DNA of 52,776 bases from a virus (IMGVR_UViG_3300017751_000024:1-52776), one strand, 5' to 3'; shown: positions 34,793-45,173, counted from the first letter of the stretch. Program-made: numbers and translations. The notes: a model not told the origin generated them from the sequence alone.

Positions 34793-35962
34793 ATGGGATT
34801 TTTAAGTAAAATATGGAAAGGTATTAAGAAGACTGTCAAGAAGATAGGTAAACGAATTAAAAAAACTTTTAAAAGTGTTATGAAAGGTATTGGTAAACTA
34901 GGAATAGTAGGTCAAATAGGTATGGCATTTTTAATGCCTTATGCTATGGGAGCTGTAGGAAGCCTGTTTGGAACAGCAGGCAAATTAGCTAGCTGGTCTA
35001 CAAAACTACTTGGGCCTAATGCAAACTTTTTTTCAAAGGTTTTAGGTAAAACTATAGAAGCTGTTAATGTTGGCGGTACTTGGATTAAGAATGCATATAC
35101 AAGTGTAAGTACAGCTATAAGTAATGGTATTGACAGAGTAGGAAACTTTTTCAAAGGTAAAGGAATGACTTTAAGTGAAGGCAAAACATCTGTTTTTTCT
35201 AAAGACTTTTCATCTTCTTTAGATACTTTACCAACTCAAACAGGAATTAAGTCTGACCAAATTCAAGCTCAACTATCTGAGACTATTCCAAGAGCTTTGG
35301 ATAAACCATTAGACTTCAATAAAGACACCTTAAGTTATGAGCTACCTGCACCAGGCGAGGTAAGAATACCTGAGTTTGGTAAAACAGGAGAGCTTACTAG
35401 AGGCATGAACTTTGAATTAAATAATAATGAGTTATTTAAAAATACTAAAGTAGGAGTAGATGCTATAGGAGATATAGCTGCTAGCTCAGATGCCTTAAGT
35501 GAACAAGCAGCTTCATTGTTATCTCCAAAAACAGATAAGCCAAGTTTCTTAGAAAATATTAATGTATTTGATAAAGACTCTGGTATTAGAAAAGATATAG
35601 CAAACTTTGATTTATATGATGCTGGTAAACAAAAGATAACAGATGGGTTATTAAGTGGCCTTGAAAGCCGAGCATACGAGGCTGTGGGTGTAGATATGAC
35701 ACCTCAATACACTTATAACAAAATTAATATACCTAACATTATGGGTATTGGCAGTACACCTACAATTAGCTTAGGAGCTATAGACCAGTTCTCAGCTCCA
35801 AGAGGTAATTCTTGGCAAGCTACAAGTATGTATTCAAGTGGTATTTTAAATGATATTTTAAATAGAGATGCTGGACAGGACTGGAGAAACTGGATGAATA
35901 GTTTTGCTTTACAGAATACTACGAATCCGACAACCCCAGGTGGAGCAGGAGTATATAGATGA
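34793..35962 (+). CDS. Internal virion/ejection (pilot-like) protein
   Basis: Amphipathic basic N-terminal helix MGFLSKIWKGIKKTVKKIGK followed by a Gly-rich hydrophobic segment. Confidence 0.6.
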   Translation: MGFLSKIWKGIKKTVKKIGKRIKKTFKSVMKGIGKLGIVGQIGMAFLMPYAMGAVGSLFGTAGKLASWSTKLLGPNANFFSKVLGKTIEAVNVGGTWIKNAYTSVSTAISNGIDRVGNFFKGKGMTLSEGKTSVFSKDFSSSLDTLPTQTGIKSDQIQAQLSETIPRALDKPLDFNKDTLSYELPAPGEVRIPEFGKTGELTRGMNFELNNNELFKNTKVGVDAIGDIAASSDALSEQAASLLSPKTDKPSFLENINVFDKDSGIRKDIANFDLYDAGKQKITDGLLSGLESRAYEAVGVDMTPQYTYNKINIPNIMGIGSTPTISLGAIDQFSAPRGNSWQATSMYSSGILNDILNRDAGQDWRNWMNSFALQNTTNPTTPGGAGVYR

Positions 35963-36600
35963 TAGAAAAAAATATAGGCGAAGAAATGAATCCAGAAGCT
36001 GTTGAAGCTTTTGCGAGTAGAGGATATCCAATACCAGGTCAATCCTGGACACAACCTGTAGAACAAAGAAGGCCTTTTGAAGGGAAACCTGATTTTACAG
36101 ATATGAGAGAAGCTTTAGAGTATACAGCTTTAGAATTACTTGATGAAGAAAATTATACTCCTATTGTTCTTGCAATGGGTGATGGAGTTCCAGTCATGGA
36201 TTTAGCCTTACAAATGGGTTATGTAGGTTTTAGAGAAGGTAAATGGAATCCTGATTTAATGCTTATGTTACTAGAACCATTTGCATTTTTACTTATGTCT
36301 CTTGCTGAAAAATCTGGAGTAAAATATAGAATAGACTCAGACGATTCTTCAGCTTTATTAGATATGGAAGATGGAGAGACTGACGAAGAGGAAGAGATGT
36401 TAGTGGCTAAGGCAAAGAACGTGGCTGAGGTTGCTAAGAGAAAGCGAGCAAGAGAAGGAGGAATACCTGAAGGGGTATTGCCTCAAGCAGTAGTAGAAAA
36501 AATAGAGGCTTTACCTGAAATAGGATTATTAGATAGACAACCAGAAGAGATAGTTGAACCTACTAATGATAGTCTGTTAGCTAGAGGAGAGGACGAATAA
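35959..36600 (+). CDS. Conserved virion-associated hypothetical protein
   Basis: PIPGQS.T...GF.EGKWNPDLM pattern; synteny. Confidence 0.65.
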   Translation: MIEKNIGEEMNPEAVEAFASRGYPIPGQSWTQPVEQRRPFEGKPDFTDMREALEYTALELLDEENYTPIVLAMGDGVPVMDLALQMGYVGFREGKWNPDLMLMLLEPFAFLLMSLAEKSGVKYRIDSDDSSALLDMEDGETDEEEEMLVAKAKNVAEVAKRKRAREGGIPEGVLPQAVVEKIEALPEIGLLDRQPEEIVEPTNDSLLARGEDE

Positions 36601-38765
36601 TGGGATTATATGATGACGGTGGTGTTGAATTTGCTAAACAAGCATTCAATGATGCAAATGAAAGGGGTATAAAGCAAGCTAAAGAAGCTGATAAAGAAGG
36701 CTACAAAAAAAGTTTAGTTAGAGGATTACTTATAGAGCCTGCTATTGGAGGTATCTTTGGAGAAGTTAGAAATGCTTTTGATTCAAAAGGACAGGCTTTG
36801 CAAGATAAAAATATACCTATGCGAACCTATCTTCAAAGTTATTTATCTAATCAAGAAGGTCAAAGACAAAGTTTAGAATACAATGATGAAACTAATAAAA
36901 CTGGATTTGTTGTAAATGGTACTGTAGATATACAAAGACTACAGAATTATATTGCAGCAGACTTAAGAACTAGATTACAAGATGAAAGTTTTGGCGGTGA
37001 GTTTACTAATTTAAATCCTGTGCAATTAGCTTCTTATGTAACTTCTGAGTCAAAAATACAAGCAGAGAAATTAAAAGGTTATTATCAAACTTTATATAAT
37101 GAAAGTATGGATGTTCCTGATATGGAAACAATATTAAGTCAGTTTGATAAATGGAATAGTAGAGAAAACCCTAAAAATGTATTTGGTAGGATTGGTAAGG
37201 GTATACAAAAATTACTAGGTTCAGAAACAGAAGAAACTATAGACTTTAAAAATCTTGAAGCCCATGAAAACTTACGTTTAACATTAGGCGAAGGGACATC
37301 AAAAGAATTAATAGATTTAAAAAATGCTGTAAGTGCATACGACACAGCAGCTACAGACCAAGGCAGTAGATTTAATATTGATGGTCTAATAGAAGGAATA
37401 AGAGCTAAAATAGGTAAACCACCTTCAGAGGGAGGTATTCAAGGAAAGCCTATAGAAAGTACGTTCCAGATAAAAGATAGAACTTATATAAGTGGTGGTG
37501 ATGAGTTTACATATCAAGAAGGACAGTATTTATCTTACGACCAAAACGGTATTCCTGTATTATCTAATGCTGGTGTAAATGAACCTACAAGAACTAAAGT
37601 AGCAGAGATTAAACCTCCTAGTGACTTACAAGTAAAAGCTGCTGAGTCAGCTATGATGTTAGTTTTAACTGATGGTTCTAATCCTGACATGAATCCTCTT
37701 TATAATCAGGTAATTAAAGGTAAAGGACGAACTGCAACTGACCCTCAAAATACTGTAAAAAATTATGGTGTTAAAGTTGCTTATGCAGCTAATCATATTA
37801 GAGGACAAGTAAAAGATTATAATTTAAATATAGCAGAGGGAGATATTGATTACCTTGCAGCTATGTATGTATTAACTCAAGTAAATGATGGGTATAAAGA
37901 TTCTATATCTAAAAACCCAACACATGATAGTTCATATCAACAGTTATTAATGAATAATCCTAATACTACTCCTGACTTATATGACTTAATGAACGTAGCT
38001 AAAATAAATACTGTAGGTAATAATGGAGAATTAAGTTTACTAATTCAAATACCTAATATAATTAGAGATATTAGAGGTAGTGGTAAAACTGAATCGGAGC
38101 AAAACAATAGGTTCAAAGAAATTGTAATTGACTTACAAGGAACGATTGTAAAAGAAGGTAGAAACTTTACAGGAACTGCTGAAGTAAATTTACCAGAGTA
38201 TATAGCTAAGTATGAAGGTACTAATGAAGAAAAAGTTTTACAGTATGAACTAGAAAAAATTAATCAAATAAATAGTTTATTCCCTGAAGAACTTAGATAC
38301 GTAGACTCTAGGTATGATGGGGTTATACAAAAGTTTGGTAACACAGGAACATTACCAGAAGTAATAACAGAACCTATGGAAATAGAAGAGGGTAATACTT
38401 CTGATGCAACAGACACAAATCCTCCTCCAGTAAGTACGGAGCAAAACAGAGAGCTTAAATTCTTTGCTAAGCAACCAATAAGTAAATTACAAAAAGCTAT
38501 TGAGCGTATGGAGGCAGGTCAAACAACTGTTTATAATAGTGCAAACTTTAGAAAATTTGTAGAAGATAAAACAGACGGTGGTAAATTATATGGTAAAAAT
38601 AAAATATCTGATGAGCAAGAATTATCTTTAATGAAAGAATATCTTCAAAGTTTATTAGACGACCCTGATAATTATAAAGCTCCTAAAAAAGAGCTAACAG
38701 AGGAGCAGAAACAAGAAATACAAAGACTTCAAGATGCAGCTTTGAGTGTCGGTGGAACAGACTAA
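36600..38765 (+). CDS. Putative internal virion protein
   Basis: 721-aa coupled ORF in the ejection block. Confidence 0.6.
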   Translation: MGLYDDGGVEFAKQAFNDANERGIKQAKEADKEGYKKSLVRGLLIEPAIGGIFGEVRNAFDSKGQALQDKNIPMRTYLQSYLSNQEGQRQSLEYNDETNKTGFVVNGTVDIQRLQNYIAADLRTRLQDESFGGEFTNLNPVQLASYVTSESKIQAEKLKGYYQTLYNESMDVPDMETILSQFDKWNSRENPKNVFGRIGKGIQKLLGSETEETIDFKNLEAHENLRLTLGEGTSKELIDLKNAVSAYDTAATDQGSRFNIDGLIEGIRAKIGKPPSEGGIQGKPIESTFQIKDRTYISGGDEFTYQEGQYLSYDQNGIPVLSNAGVNEPTRTKVAEIKPPSDLQVKAAESAMMLVLTDGSNPDMNPLYNQVIKGKGRTATDPQNTVKNYGVKVAYAANHIRGQVKDYNLNIAEGDIDYLAAMYVLTQVNDGYKDSISKNPTHDSSYQQLLMNNPNTTPDLYDLMNVAKINTVGNNGELSLLIQIPNIIRDIRGSGKTESEQNNRFKEIVIDLQGTIVKEGRNFTGTAEVNLPEYIAKYEGTNEEKVLQYELEKINQINSLFPEELRYVDSRYDGVIQKFGNTGTLPEVITEPMEIEEGNTSDATDTNPPPVSTEQNRELKFFAKQPISKLQKAIERMEAGQTTVYNSANFRKFVEDKTDGGKLYGKNKISDEQELSLMKEYLQSLLDDPDNYKAPKKELTEEQKQEIQRLQDAALSVGGTD

Positions 38766-41700
38766 ATGTCAAACTTTAATTATTCTCCCAGTTTTTCTAA
38801 AAGAAATCAACAAAGCACACCTATTCAACAATATGACTTAAATGATTTAGAAGGAGATAAAGAGTTCCAGGCAGTCTCTGAAAGATTCTTAGGTTCTATT
38901 GGTGAACAAAATGATATCTTTGAGTATTTAAGAGACTCTGATTTTAACCTTACGTCAGCTATGAAAAGATATGCTGACTCTAATAAGTTTACTGAACAAC
39001 AAAAGAAAGACTATCAATACTTAAGAACTATGTTTGATGGTGCAGATATAGGTAGTACAGGACAGTTCCTTGAATTAGTTAAAGACGGAGCAATAGATAT
39101 GGTTACTGACCCTACTCTAATACTAGCTGCTTTGTTTACTCCTTTTACAGGAGGCGGAACATTAGCTACTAGAGCTACAGTAGGTAAAGGAACTGCTCAA
39201 GCTTTGAAGATGTTAGGTCAAGCTAATAAAGGAGCTTTAAATAAAACACAGCTTAAAAAAGCTATTGCTGATGGGTCGCTAGAAGAAGCTGCAAAAGCTG
39301 CAACAAAAGTAGCAGGCGGTATGGGTGCAGTAGAAGCTGGTGGCTGGATGGGTTTACACAACCATGCTAATCAAAATATAGAAATAAATACAGGCTTAAG
39401 AAGAGCTTACTCATCAAAAGAGTTAGTAGGCTCAACTGTTGCTGGTGTTTTACTAGGTGGTGTTGCTGGCTATGGTGGACAAAAGTGGTCTAATTATTCA
39501 AATCCAGTTTTACAAATAAACAATAAACCTAAAGTCTATAGAGACGATAGTATTATAGATAATGTCCGATTAAAGTTTAATCAAGCCTGGGACAATACTG
39601 TAGGTAGAGTTATATTAGGTAATGCTGCTCAACTAAGAACCTTAGAAAAACAAGGAGTAAAGTATGCATCTTACTTCAGAGGTTTATTAGACCATGATTC
39701 TCAGTTAGGTATAGGTAAGAGAAGTAATAAAAAAGTAGAGTGGAGTTTTCCTGAACAATTAAATGCAAGACGAGGCAATTATATGTTCATGGAAGAAGGA
39801 CAGCGAGTAGGATTTTTTAAGACTATAGAGCCTATAGCTCCTGATGGAGTTATGATGCAAGCCGATGAGCTTGCTATTATTAGATTCTTAAGAGGAAATA
39901 AAAAAGCATTACAAGGAAGAAGCAAAGAAACAAAACAAGTAGCTAATGATTTAAGAAAATGGTTTGATGGTATAGCTAGAGATGCTCAAGAAGCAGGTTT
40001 TGGTGATATAAGAATAGAAGATTACTTTCCAAGAGAATGGAATAGACAAGCTATAAAAGATAATAAACCAGAGTTTGTTGCACAGTTATCTAAGGATTTA
40101 AAAATATCCAAAAAAGAAGCAGATGATATTGCAGAGGGTATGTTAAATATTAATAATGAATTATATGCTAGCCATAGCAACTTACTTACTCACGGTAGAA
40201 AATTAAAATTAGATGACAATGCTTATGAAAAATATCTAACTAATGAATTAATACCTGTTAGTGCTAGTTATGGTTTAAACGCTGCTAATACAATACAAAC
40301 TAAACTAAGCTTTTTAGGCGGTGCTAAATCTAATGTAAAGGTTGTAAAAAGCAAAGACATAGAAGGTAATGAAGTATTAACATTTCAAAGCTTAAGACAA
40401 AATAATATAGATGATTTTATAAGAACTCACGTAGACCCTTTAGATGAAGACGTGTTCAAAACTTTAGGTAGACGTTTAACAGCTACAGAAAGAAAAGACA
40501 TGATAGAATCTTTCAAGTCTGTTACAGGTGCGGTAAACTTTTTTGAAGGGCAAATAAAACAAGGAGTATATGATGGCCTCAAGCTTGCTAATGCTATGGC
40601 TTACCTACCTTTAGCTACTGTCTCTTCTTTCTCAGAAGGTTTGATAGCAGCTTCTAGAATATCAGGAAAGCAATCTGTAAAAAACTTTCAGTACCAACTA
40701 GAAAATGGTATGCAATTTTTAACATCGGATTTAAAAAGTTTGTTAAAAGAAAGGAGAGGCCTATCAGAAGTTGTAGCTAACAGAGAAGCTAATAGAGTTT
40801 ACTTAGCTGTAGATGACGTGCAAGCAGATTTAACAAATAGATTAGCTGGTGATGGATTACAAAACGCAAGTCTACAAAAAGGAGCTAGAGTATTTTACAA
40901 AGCCAACTTACTATTACCTTGGACAAAGACTATTGAGCTTGCAGCTTTTAATACAGGTAGAGATATAGTTGAAGAATCATTAATTCAGTTAAGTAAACTA
41001 CAAAAAGCTGGAGTAAAAATCTTTGATGATGTTGATACTTTTGTAAACTCAACAACAGGTAAAGATAAAGACATACTTAAACAACTAGATAGTATGGATG
41101 GAGTTTGGGCTGGTAAAGGTAATCTTTATAAAAGAACAAATTATTTAAAAGAACAAATACAAGACATGGGTATAAGTGTCAAAGAAGGATTGGATTGGTT
41201 AGAGTCTGGTGCAAAAAGAAATAATAATTTTTGGACACAAGAGATGTCTAAAGCAGGTGGTAGATTTGCAAGAAGTGTAATCTTACCTACATCTAGAGAA
41301 TTTTCTAAAGTGCCTAGATATATGACTAATCCTAAATGGGATATATTTACACAGTTTTTAAGATACCCTACAGCGTTTAGTAATACTGTATTAAAAAACT
41401 TTGCTAGAGATACTTTAAATAGTCCTGGAATGTCAGCTCCAAGGTTTGCTGCTTTTGTAGCAGGCTCAACAGCTATTGCAAGAGGTACTAATTACTGGAG
41501 AAGTAGTCCAGAACAACAAGCAAAGTATGACCAGTTTGCAAGAAAGCCAGGAACTGATTTAAAAGGTAAAGCTTTCGATGTTTTTGTAGCTAGAAGTGCA
41601 GAAGAAAACCTTAGAGCTTTTCAAAGAGTAGGTTTATTAGGCCCAATAGAATATGGTTTAAGATTTGCAGATGCTTATAGAGCAAATCCAAATCCTTTAG

Positions 41701-42500
41701 TAGCTGTATCAAGTTTAGGTGGCCCTGTTATGGGAGACATTACAGGCTCTACAATCTACAACAGAGGATTGTTTGAAACGTTAGCAAGAAAAACTCCTTT
41801 GATAGGTATTAGACATCCACTTAAAAAATACACAGGCTTTGACCCCTTTGAACCAATCATTGAAGGCGGTAGATTTATAGACGAAGAAGCTAGATACCAA
41901 CTACAACAAGGTATTGAAGATGTACTACCACCAAGAGTAGGTTATAAGAAAGGTGGGATTGTAAAAGAAACATTTAAAGAAATGGGACGTATGCAATATA
42001 ACACAGGAAGTCTTGTAATAAATGATAAAACTATTGATAAAGAAACAAGAATAAGATTTGATAATATAGATAATGATTTAAAAAACTTAGGATATGGTAA
42101 AGTTGCTAGAGCAGCTATTCTTGGTAATATCCATGTAGAGACAGGTGGTACTTACGACCATCAACAAAAACAAGACAAGGGTAATGGTTATGGTCTTTAT
42201 CAATTTGATTTTCAAAAAAAATATTATATGGAAAATGAAGATAGCTATTTGACATCAAACAAGTTTGAAGATACCCCCATGAATCAAACTATGTTTATGC
42301 ATGAAAGTATAAATCAATTAGCACCAGGAAAACACACAGTAGATAAAAATAAAATAAGCCAGTTGCAAAGAGATTTACAGGGTGATGATGTAGCAAGAGC
42401 AGCTATTTCATTTTCTGAAAATTATCTACAGCCTGGAACACCACATATAGATAGAAGAAGAGATGCATCCAGAACTATATTTAAAGTATTAGGAGATTAG
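38766..42500 (+). CDS. Large internal virion protein with C-terminal phage-tail-lysozyme-like domain
   Basis: EDYFPR and QFLRYP motifs of large ejection proteins; C-terminal AAILGNIHVETGG...GYGLYQF...F.ENYLQPG.PH..RR. Confidence 0.78.
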   Translation: MSNFNYSPSFSKRNQQSTPIQQYDLNDLEGDKEFQAVSERFLGSIGEQNDIFEYLRDSDFNLTSAMKRYADSNKFTEQQKKDYQYLRTMFDGADIGSTGQFLELVKDGAIDMVTDPTLILAALFTPFTGGGTLATRATVGKGTAQALKMLGQANKGALNKTQLKKAIADGSLEEAAKAATKVAGGMGAVEAGGWMGLHNHANQNIEINTGLRRAYSSKELVGSTVAGVLLGGVAGYGGQKWSNYSNPVLQINNKPKVYRDDSIIDNVRLKFNQAWDNTVGRVILGNAAQLRTLEKQGVKYASYFRGLLDHDSQLGIGKRSNKKVEWSFPEQLNARRGNYMFMEEGQRVGFFKTIEPIAPDGVMMQADELAIIRFLRGNKKALQGRSKETKQVANDLRKWFDGIARDAQEAGFGDIRIEDYFPREWNRQAIKDNKPEFVAQLSKDLKISKKEADDIAEGMLNINNELYASHSNLLTHGRKLKLDDNAYEKYLTNELIPVSASYGLNAANTIQTKLSFLGGAKSNVKVVKSKDIEGNEVLTFQSLRQNNIDDFIRTHVDPLDEDVFKTLGRRLTATERKDMIESFKSVTGAVNFFEGQIKQGVYDGLKLANAMAYLPLATVSSFSEGLIAASRISGKQSVKNFQYQLENGMQFLTSDLKSLLKERRGLSEVVANREANRVYLAVDDVQADLTNRLAGDGLQNASLQKGARVFYKANLLLPWTKTIELAAFNTGRDIVEESLIQLSKLQKAGVKIFDDVDTFVNSTTGKDKDILKQLDSMDGVWAGKGNLYKRTNYLKEQIQDMGISVKEGLDWLESGAKRNNNFWTQEMSKAGGRFARSVILPTSREFSKVPRYMTNPKWDIFTQFLRYPTAFSNTVLKNFARDTLNSPGMSAPRFAAFVAGSTAIARGTNYWRSSPEQQAKYDQFARKPGTDLKGKAFDVFVARSAEENLRAFQRVGLLGPIEYGLRFADAYRANPNPLVAVSSLGGPVMGDITGSTIYNRGLFETLARKTPLIGIRHPLKKYTGFDPFEPIIEGGRFIDEEARYQLQQGIEDVLPPRVGYKKGGIVKETFKEMGRMQYNTGSLVINDKTIDKETRIRFDNIDNDLKNLGYGKVARAAILGNIHVETGGTYDHQQKQDKGNGYGLYQFDFQKKYYMENEDSYLTSNKFEDTPMNQTMFMHESINQLAPGKHTVDKNKISQLQRDLQGDDVARAAISFSENYLQPGTPHIDRRRDASRTIFKVLGD

Positions 42501-42501
42501 A

Positions 42502-42945
42502 TTGGGATTTCCGTTTGAAATAATTACTATGCTTGCATCTACAGTCCTAGGTGGACTAATGAGTGTATGGGCTGAAAGTAGAAAAGCTAAAGCAGAGCAA
42601 CAAAAGCTACTCATTACACGTGGGGAGTTTGAGATGAAGGCTAGAAAGCAATCACTTGACCACGGCTTGAAGGATAAAGGTTTTGCATGGACAAGAAGAA
42701 TCATAGCATTAACATCAGTCTTTGCTATTGTTTTATTACCTAAACTTGTAGCTGTATATTATCCAGATGTATCAGTAACTGTTGGATATACAAATTGGAA
42801 TCCAGGTTTTTGGTTCTTTAAAGAAGGCAGGGATATTTTTGAATGGATAACTTTTCAAGGTTTAGTAATTACACAATTAGATACTAACTTAGTATCAGCT
42901 ATTATAGGTATGTACTTTGGTGGCAGTTTAGTGAAAGGTAAATAA
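42502..42945 (+). CDS. Holin-like membrane protein
   Basis: Up to three hydrophobic segments, WTRR.IAL and IIG.YFG; TTG start after AGGAG. Confidence 0.55.
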   Translation: MGFPFEIITMLASTVLGGLMSVWAESRKAKAEQQKLLITRGEFEMKARKQSLDHGLKDKGFAWTRRIIALTSVFAIVLLPKLVAVYYPDVSVTVGYTNWNPGFWFFKEGRDIFEWITFQGLVITQLDTNLVSAIIGMYFGGSLVKGK

Positions 42946-43232
42946 TGGACACTAGAGACTTTATGACTGTCTTGGAAACTGTAGGTATTCCTGCTGCTTT
43001 TGCATGTGCTGCTGGGTGGATGGTATATAAATTATTTAATGCTTTGATAGCAGACGTACATAAAAAATTAGATACGCAACACGGTATGATAGTTGCATTG
43101 ATAGATAGAGTAAGACAAATGGACAATGACATGATACGAATAGACTCAATGGTAAGAACTGCTATGGGTGTACAAGTAGATGTCGATAGATTAGCGAGAG
43201 CAGATGGAAAGAAAGACCAAAGGAAAGATTAA
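42945..43232 (+). CDS. Single-TM coiled-coil membrane protein
   Basis: VGIPAAFACAAGWMVYKL helix; coupled. Confidence 0.65.
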   Translation: MDTRDFMTVLETVGIPAAFACAAGWMVYKLFNALIADVHKKLDTQHGMIVALIDRVRQMDNDMIRIDSMVRTAMGVQVDVDRLARADGKKDQRKD

Positions 43233-43722
43233 ACTTATCCCAACATTTAAAAGTAAGAAGGCTGAAAGAAACTGCGAGTTCTGTATGTTCTTTTGGTCTA
43301 TATTAGTTGTGTTTTGGTCTCTTAATAGTATTGCAGATGAAATGGTACATAAGTTTAAGAACCCATCATTTAGTGGTATAGGTACATCAGCACATTATTT
43401 AACTATAGAGAACCAAGAGTTTACTAGAAAGATGAGTATAAAAGAAGAACTCAAAGCTCTACAAGAACAAATAGAAAGAGATAAGGAGAACACAACATTA
43501 GCTAGATTTATCAGGAATTTAGAATCTAGAATATATGCACAACTATCTAGACAATTAGTAGAAAATTTATTCGGAGAAAATCCTAGCACAAATGGCATAC
43601 TAACTTTAGAAGGTAATACTATAGAATACAGTATAGAAGACGGAATAATAACACTAACTATAACAGCAAGCGATGGAACACAAACAACTATTCAGTTGCC
43701 TATTGGTGATTTTTCTTTTTAG
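43204..43722 (+). CDS. csgF: Curli assembly protein CsgF-like (start may be ATG 43285)
   Basis: Signal peptide, then F.NPSFSG...IENQ, ESRIYAQLSRQL..NLFG and C-terminal G..T.I.LP; adjacent to csgG. Confidence 0.85.
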   Translation: MERKTKGKIKLIPTFKSKKAERNCEFCMFFWSILVVFWSLNSIADEMVHKFKNPSFSGIGTSAHYLTIENQEFTRKMSIKEELKALQEQIERDKENTTLARFIRNLESRIYAQLSRQLVENLFGENPSTNGILTLEGNTIEYSIEDGIITLTITASDGTQTTIQLPIGDFSF

Positions 43723-44482
43723 TGGATGTGCAGTATTAAGTAAGAATGACGACTTAGTTCTATCGAAAAAAATACAGCCTTCAACCATATTAGAAATACA
43801 ATCAGATGAGCTATTTAAAATGCCTGGTGCTAAACAACAACCAGTTGTTGCGGTATACCCTAATAGTTTTAAAGATTTAACAGGGCAAAGAAGAAGTAAT
43901 AGTTCTTTTGCTTTATTTAGTACAGCTATAACACAAGCTCCAGAAGCAATATTGATAAGGGCTTTGAAGCATACATCAGATGGTAAGTTCTTTAAAGTAG
44001 TAGAACGTGTTGGACTTGATGACCTTACAAAAGAAAGACAATTAATTAGGACAACTCGTAAAGAGTTTAAAGAAGATGCAAAATTACAGCCTTTGCTTTT
44101 TGCAGGGCTTATGTTCCAGGGAGGTGTAATCTCGTATGAGGCTAACCTACAATCTGGAGGTGCTGGTGCTAGATACCTAGGAATAGGTAACAGTAAACAG
44201 TATAGAGAAGATACTGTAATTATTTCACTACGATTAGTTTCAGTATCTACAGGTGAAGTGTTAGTAGAGACATCAGTTTCTAAAAGCATTTTATCTACAA
44301 GTGTTTCTCAGGACGTGTTTCGTTTTATAGAAGCTGGCACAGAGCTGGTGGAAATAGAAGGAGGAGTAGCTGAGAACGAATCTATCGCTATTGCTTTAAC
44401 AAAAGCAGTAGAGACAGGTGTACTAAATATAATAAAAATAGGAATAGGGAGAGGCTATTGGGAATATGAAGAATCTAATTAG
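43673..44482 (+). CDS. csgG: Curli secretion pore CsgG-like lipoprotein
   Basis: Lipobox FSGC; F.DLTGQR, STA.TQ, VVER.GLD.L.KERQ.IR, LLFAG, GG.GARYLGIG..KQYR.D, SLRLVSV.TGEV. Confidence 0.93.
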   Translation: MEHKQLFSCLLVIFLFSGCAVLSKNDDLVLSKKIQPSTILEIQSDELFKMPGAKQQPVVAVYPNSFKDLTGQRRSNSSFALFSTAITQAPEAILIRALKHTSDGKFFKVVERVGLDDLTKERQLIRTTRKEFKEDAKLQPLLFAGLMFQGGVISYEANLQSGGAGARYLGIGNSKQYREDTVIISLRLVSVSTGEVLVETSVSKSILSTSVSQDVFRFIEAGTELVEIEGGVAENESIAIALTKAVETGVLNIIKIGIGRGYWEYEESN

Positions 44483-45173
44483 TATATTAGTTATGTTGTC
44501 GCTAAGTGCATTAGCAGATAATGAAATATATATTGACCAATCAGGCGATACCGCCAATATTGATTTAGAACAACTAGGAGGAGATAGTAACATCATTGCT
44601 GGGTTAGAAAGCACAGCAGGAAATTTAACACCGTTAGATTTAGATGGAGACAGTCTTACTCTAGACATAAATCAAATAGGTGGTTCTAATACTTTTCTAG
44701 GAGATATTTGGGCTGACAATTTTACAGGCTATTTTAATTTTGATGGAAGCAGTAATGATTTCACAATTCAAGTAGACCCAAGTAACACTTATGGTGCAGA
44801 CAGTTCAGATGTTAACATTGACGTGTCAGGTAGTAGTAATGATTTTACGCTAGACTTAGCTACAACAGCTATGGCTAGTAATACAGACCTTGACTGGATT
44901 GTAAATGGCGATGGAAACGTATTTGATTTTGATATTAATTATGATGGAGCTACAAACTATGTAGACGTTGACGGTGATTCAAACACAGTTAACTTTGAAG
45001 GTAGTGGTTATGCTGGTGGGTATTTTTACCTAGACCAGACAGGCGACTCACGGACTTTTGACATCCAACAATTAAGCACATTAAATAATGATTGGCTCAA
45101 AATTATATCCAATGGTTCTAATGGCAGCGTGTGTATTATCCAAGACGATAATGGCACAGCCGTTGGATGCTAG
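44466..45173 (+). CDS. Secreted curlin-like beta-solenoid protein
   Basis: Signal peptide ending ALA; repeated Q/D-x-G-x-x-N units (NEIYIDQSGD, LEQLGGDSN, INQIGGSN, LDQTGDS); next to csgG. Confidence 0.65.
   Translation: MKNLISILVMLSLSALADNEIYIDQSGDTANIDLEQLGGDSNIIAGLESTAGNLTPLDLDGDSLTLDINQIGGSNTFLGDIWADNFTGYFNFDGSSNDFTIQVDPSNTYGADSSDVNIDVSGSSNDFTLDLATTAMASNTDLDWIVNGDGNVFDFDINYDGATNYVDVDGDSNTVNFEGSGYAGGYFYLDQTGDSRTFDIQQLSTLNNDWLKIISNGSNGSVCIIQDDNGTAVGC

Noticed and set aside
11141-44668. Minus-strand ORFs across the structural arm, including the FTFLSF/PFCP repeats at 26180-27947
   Set aside because: Antisense shadows; the repeats simply mirror collagen codons.
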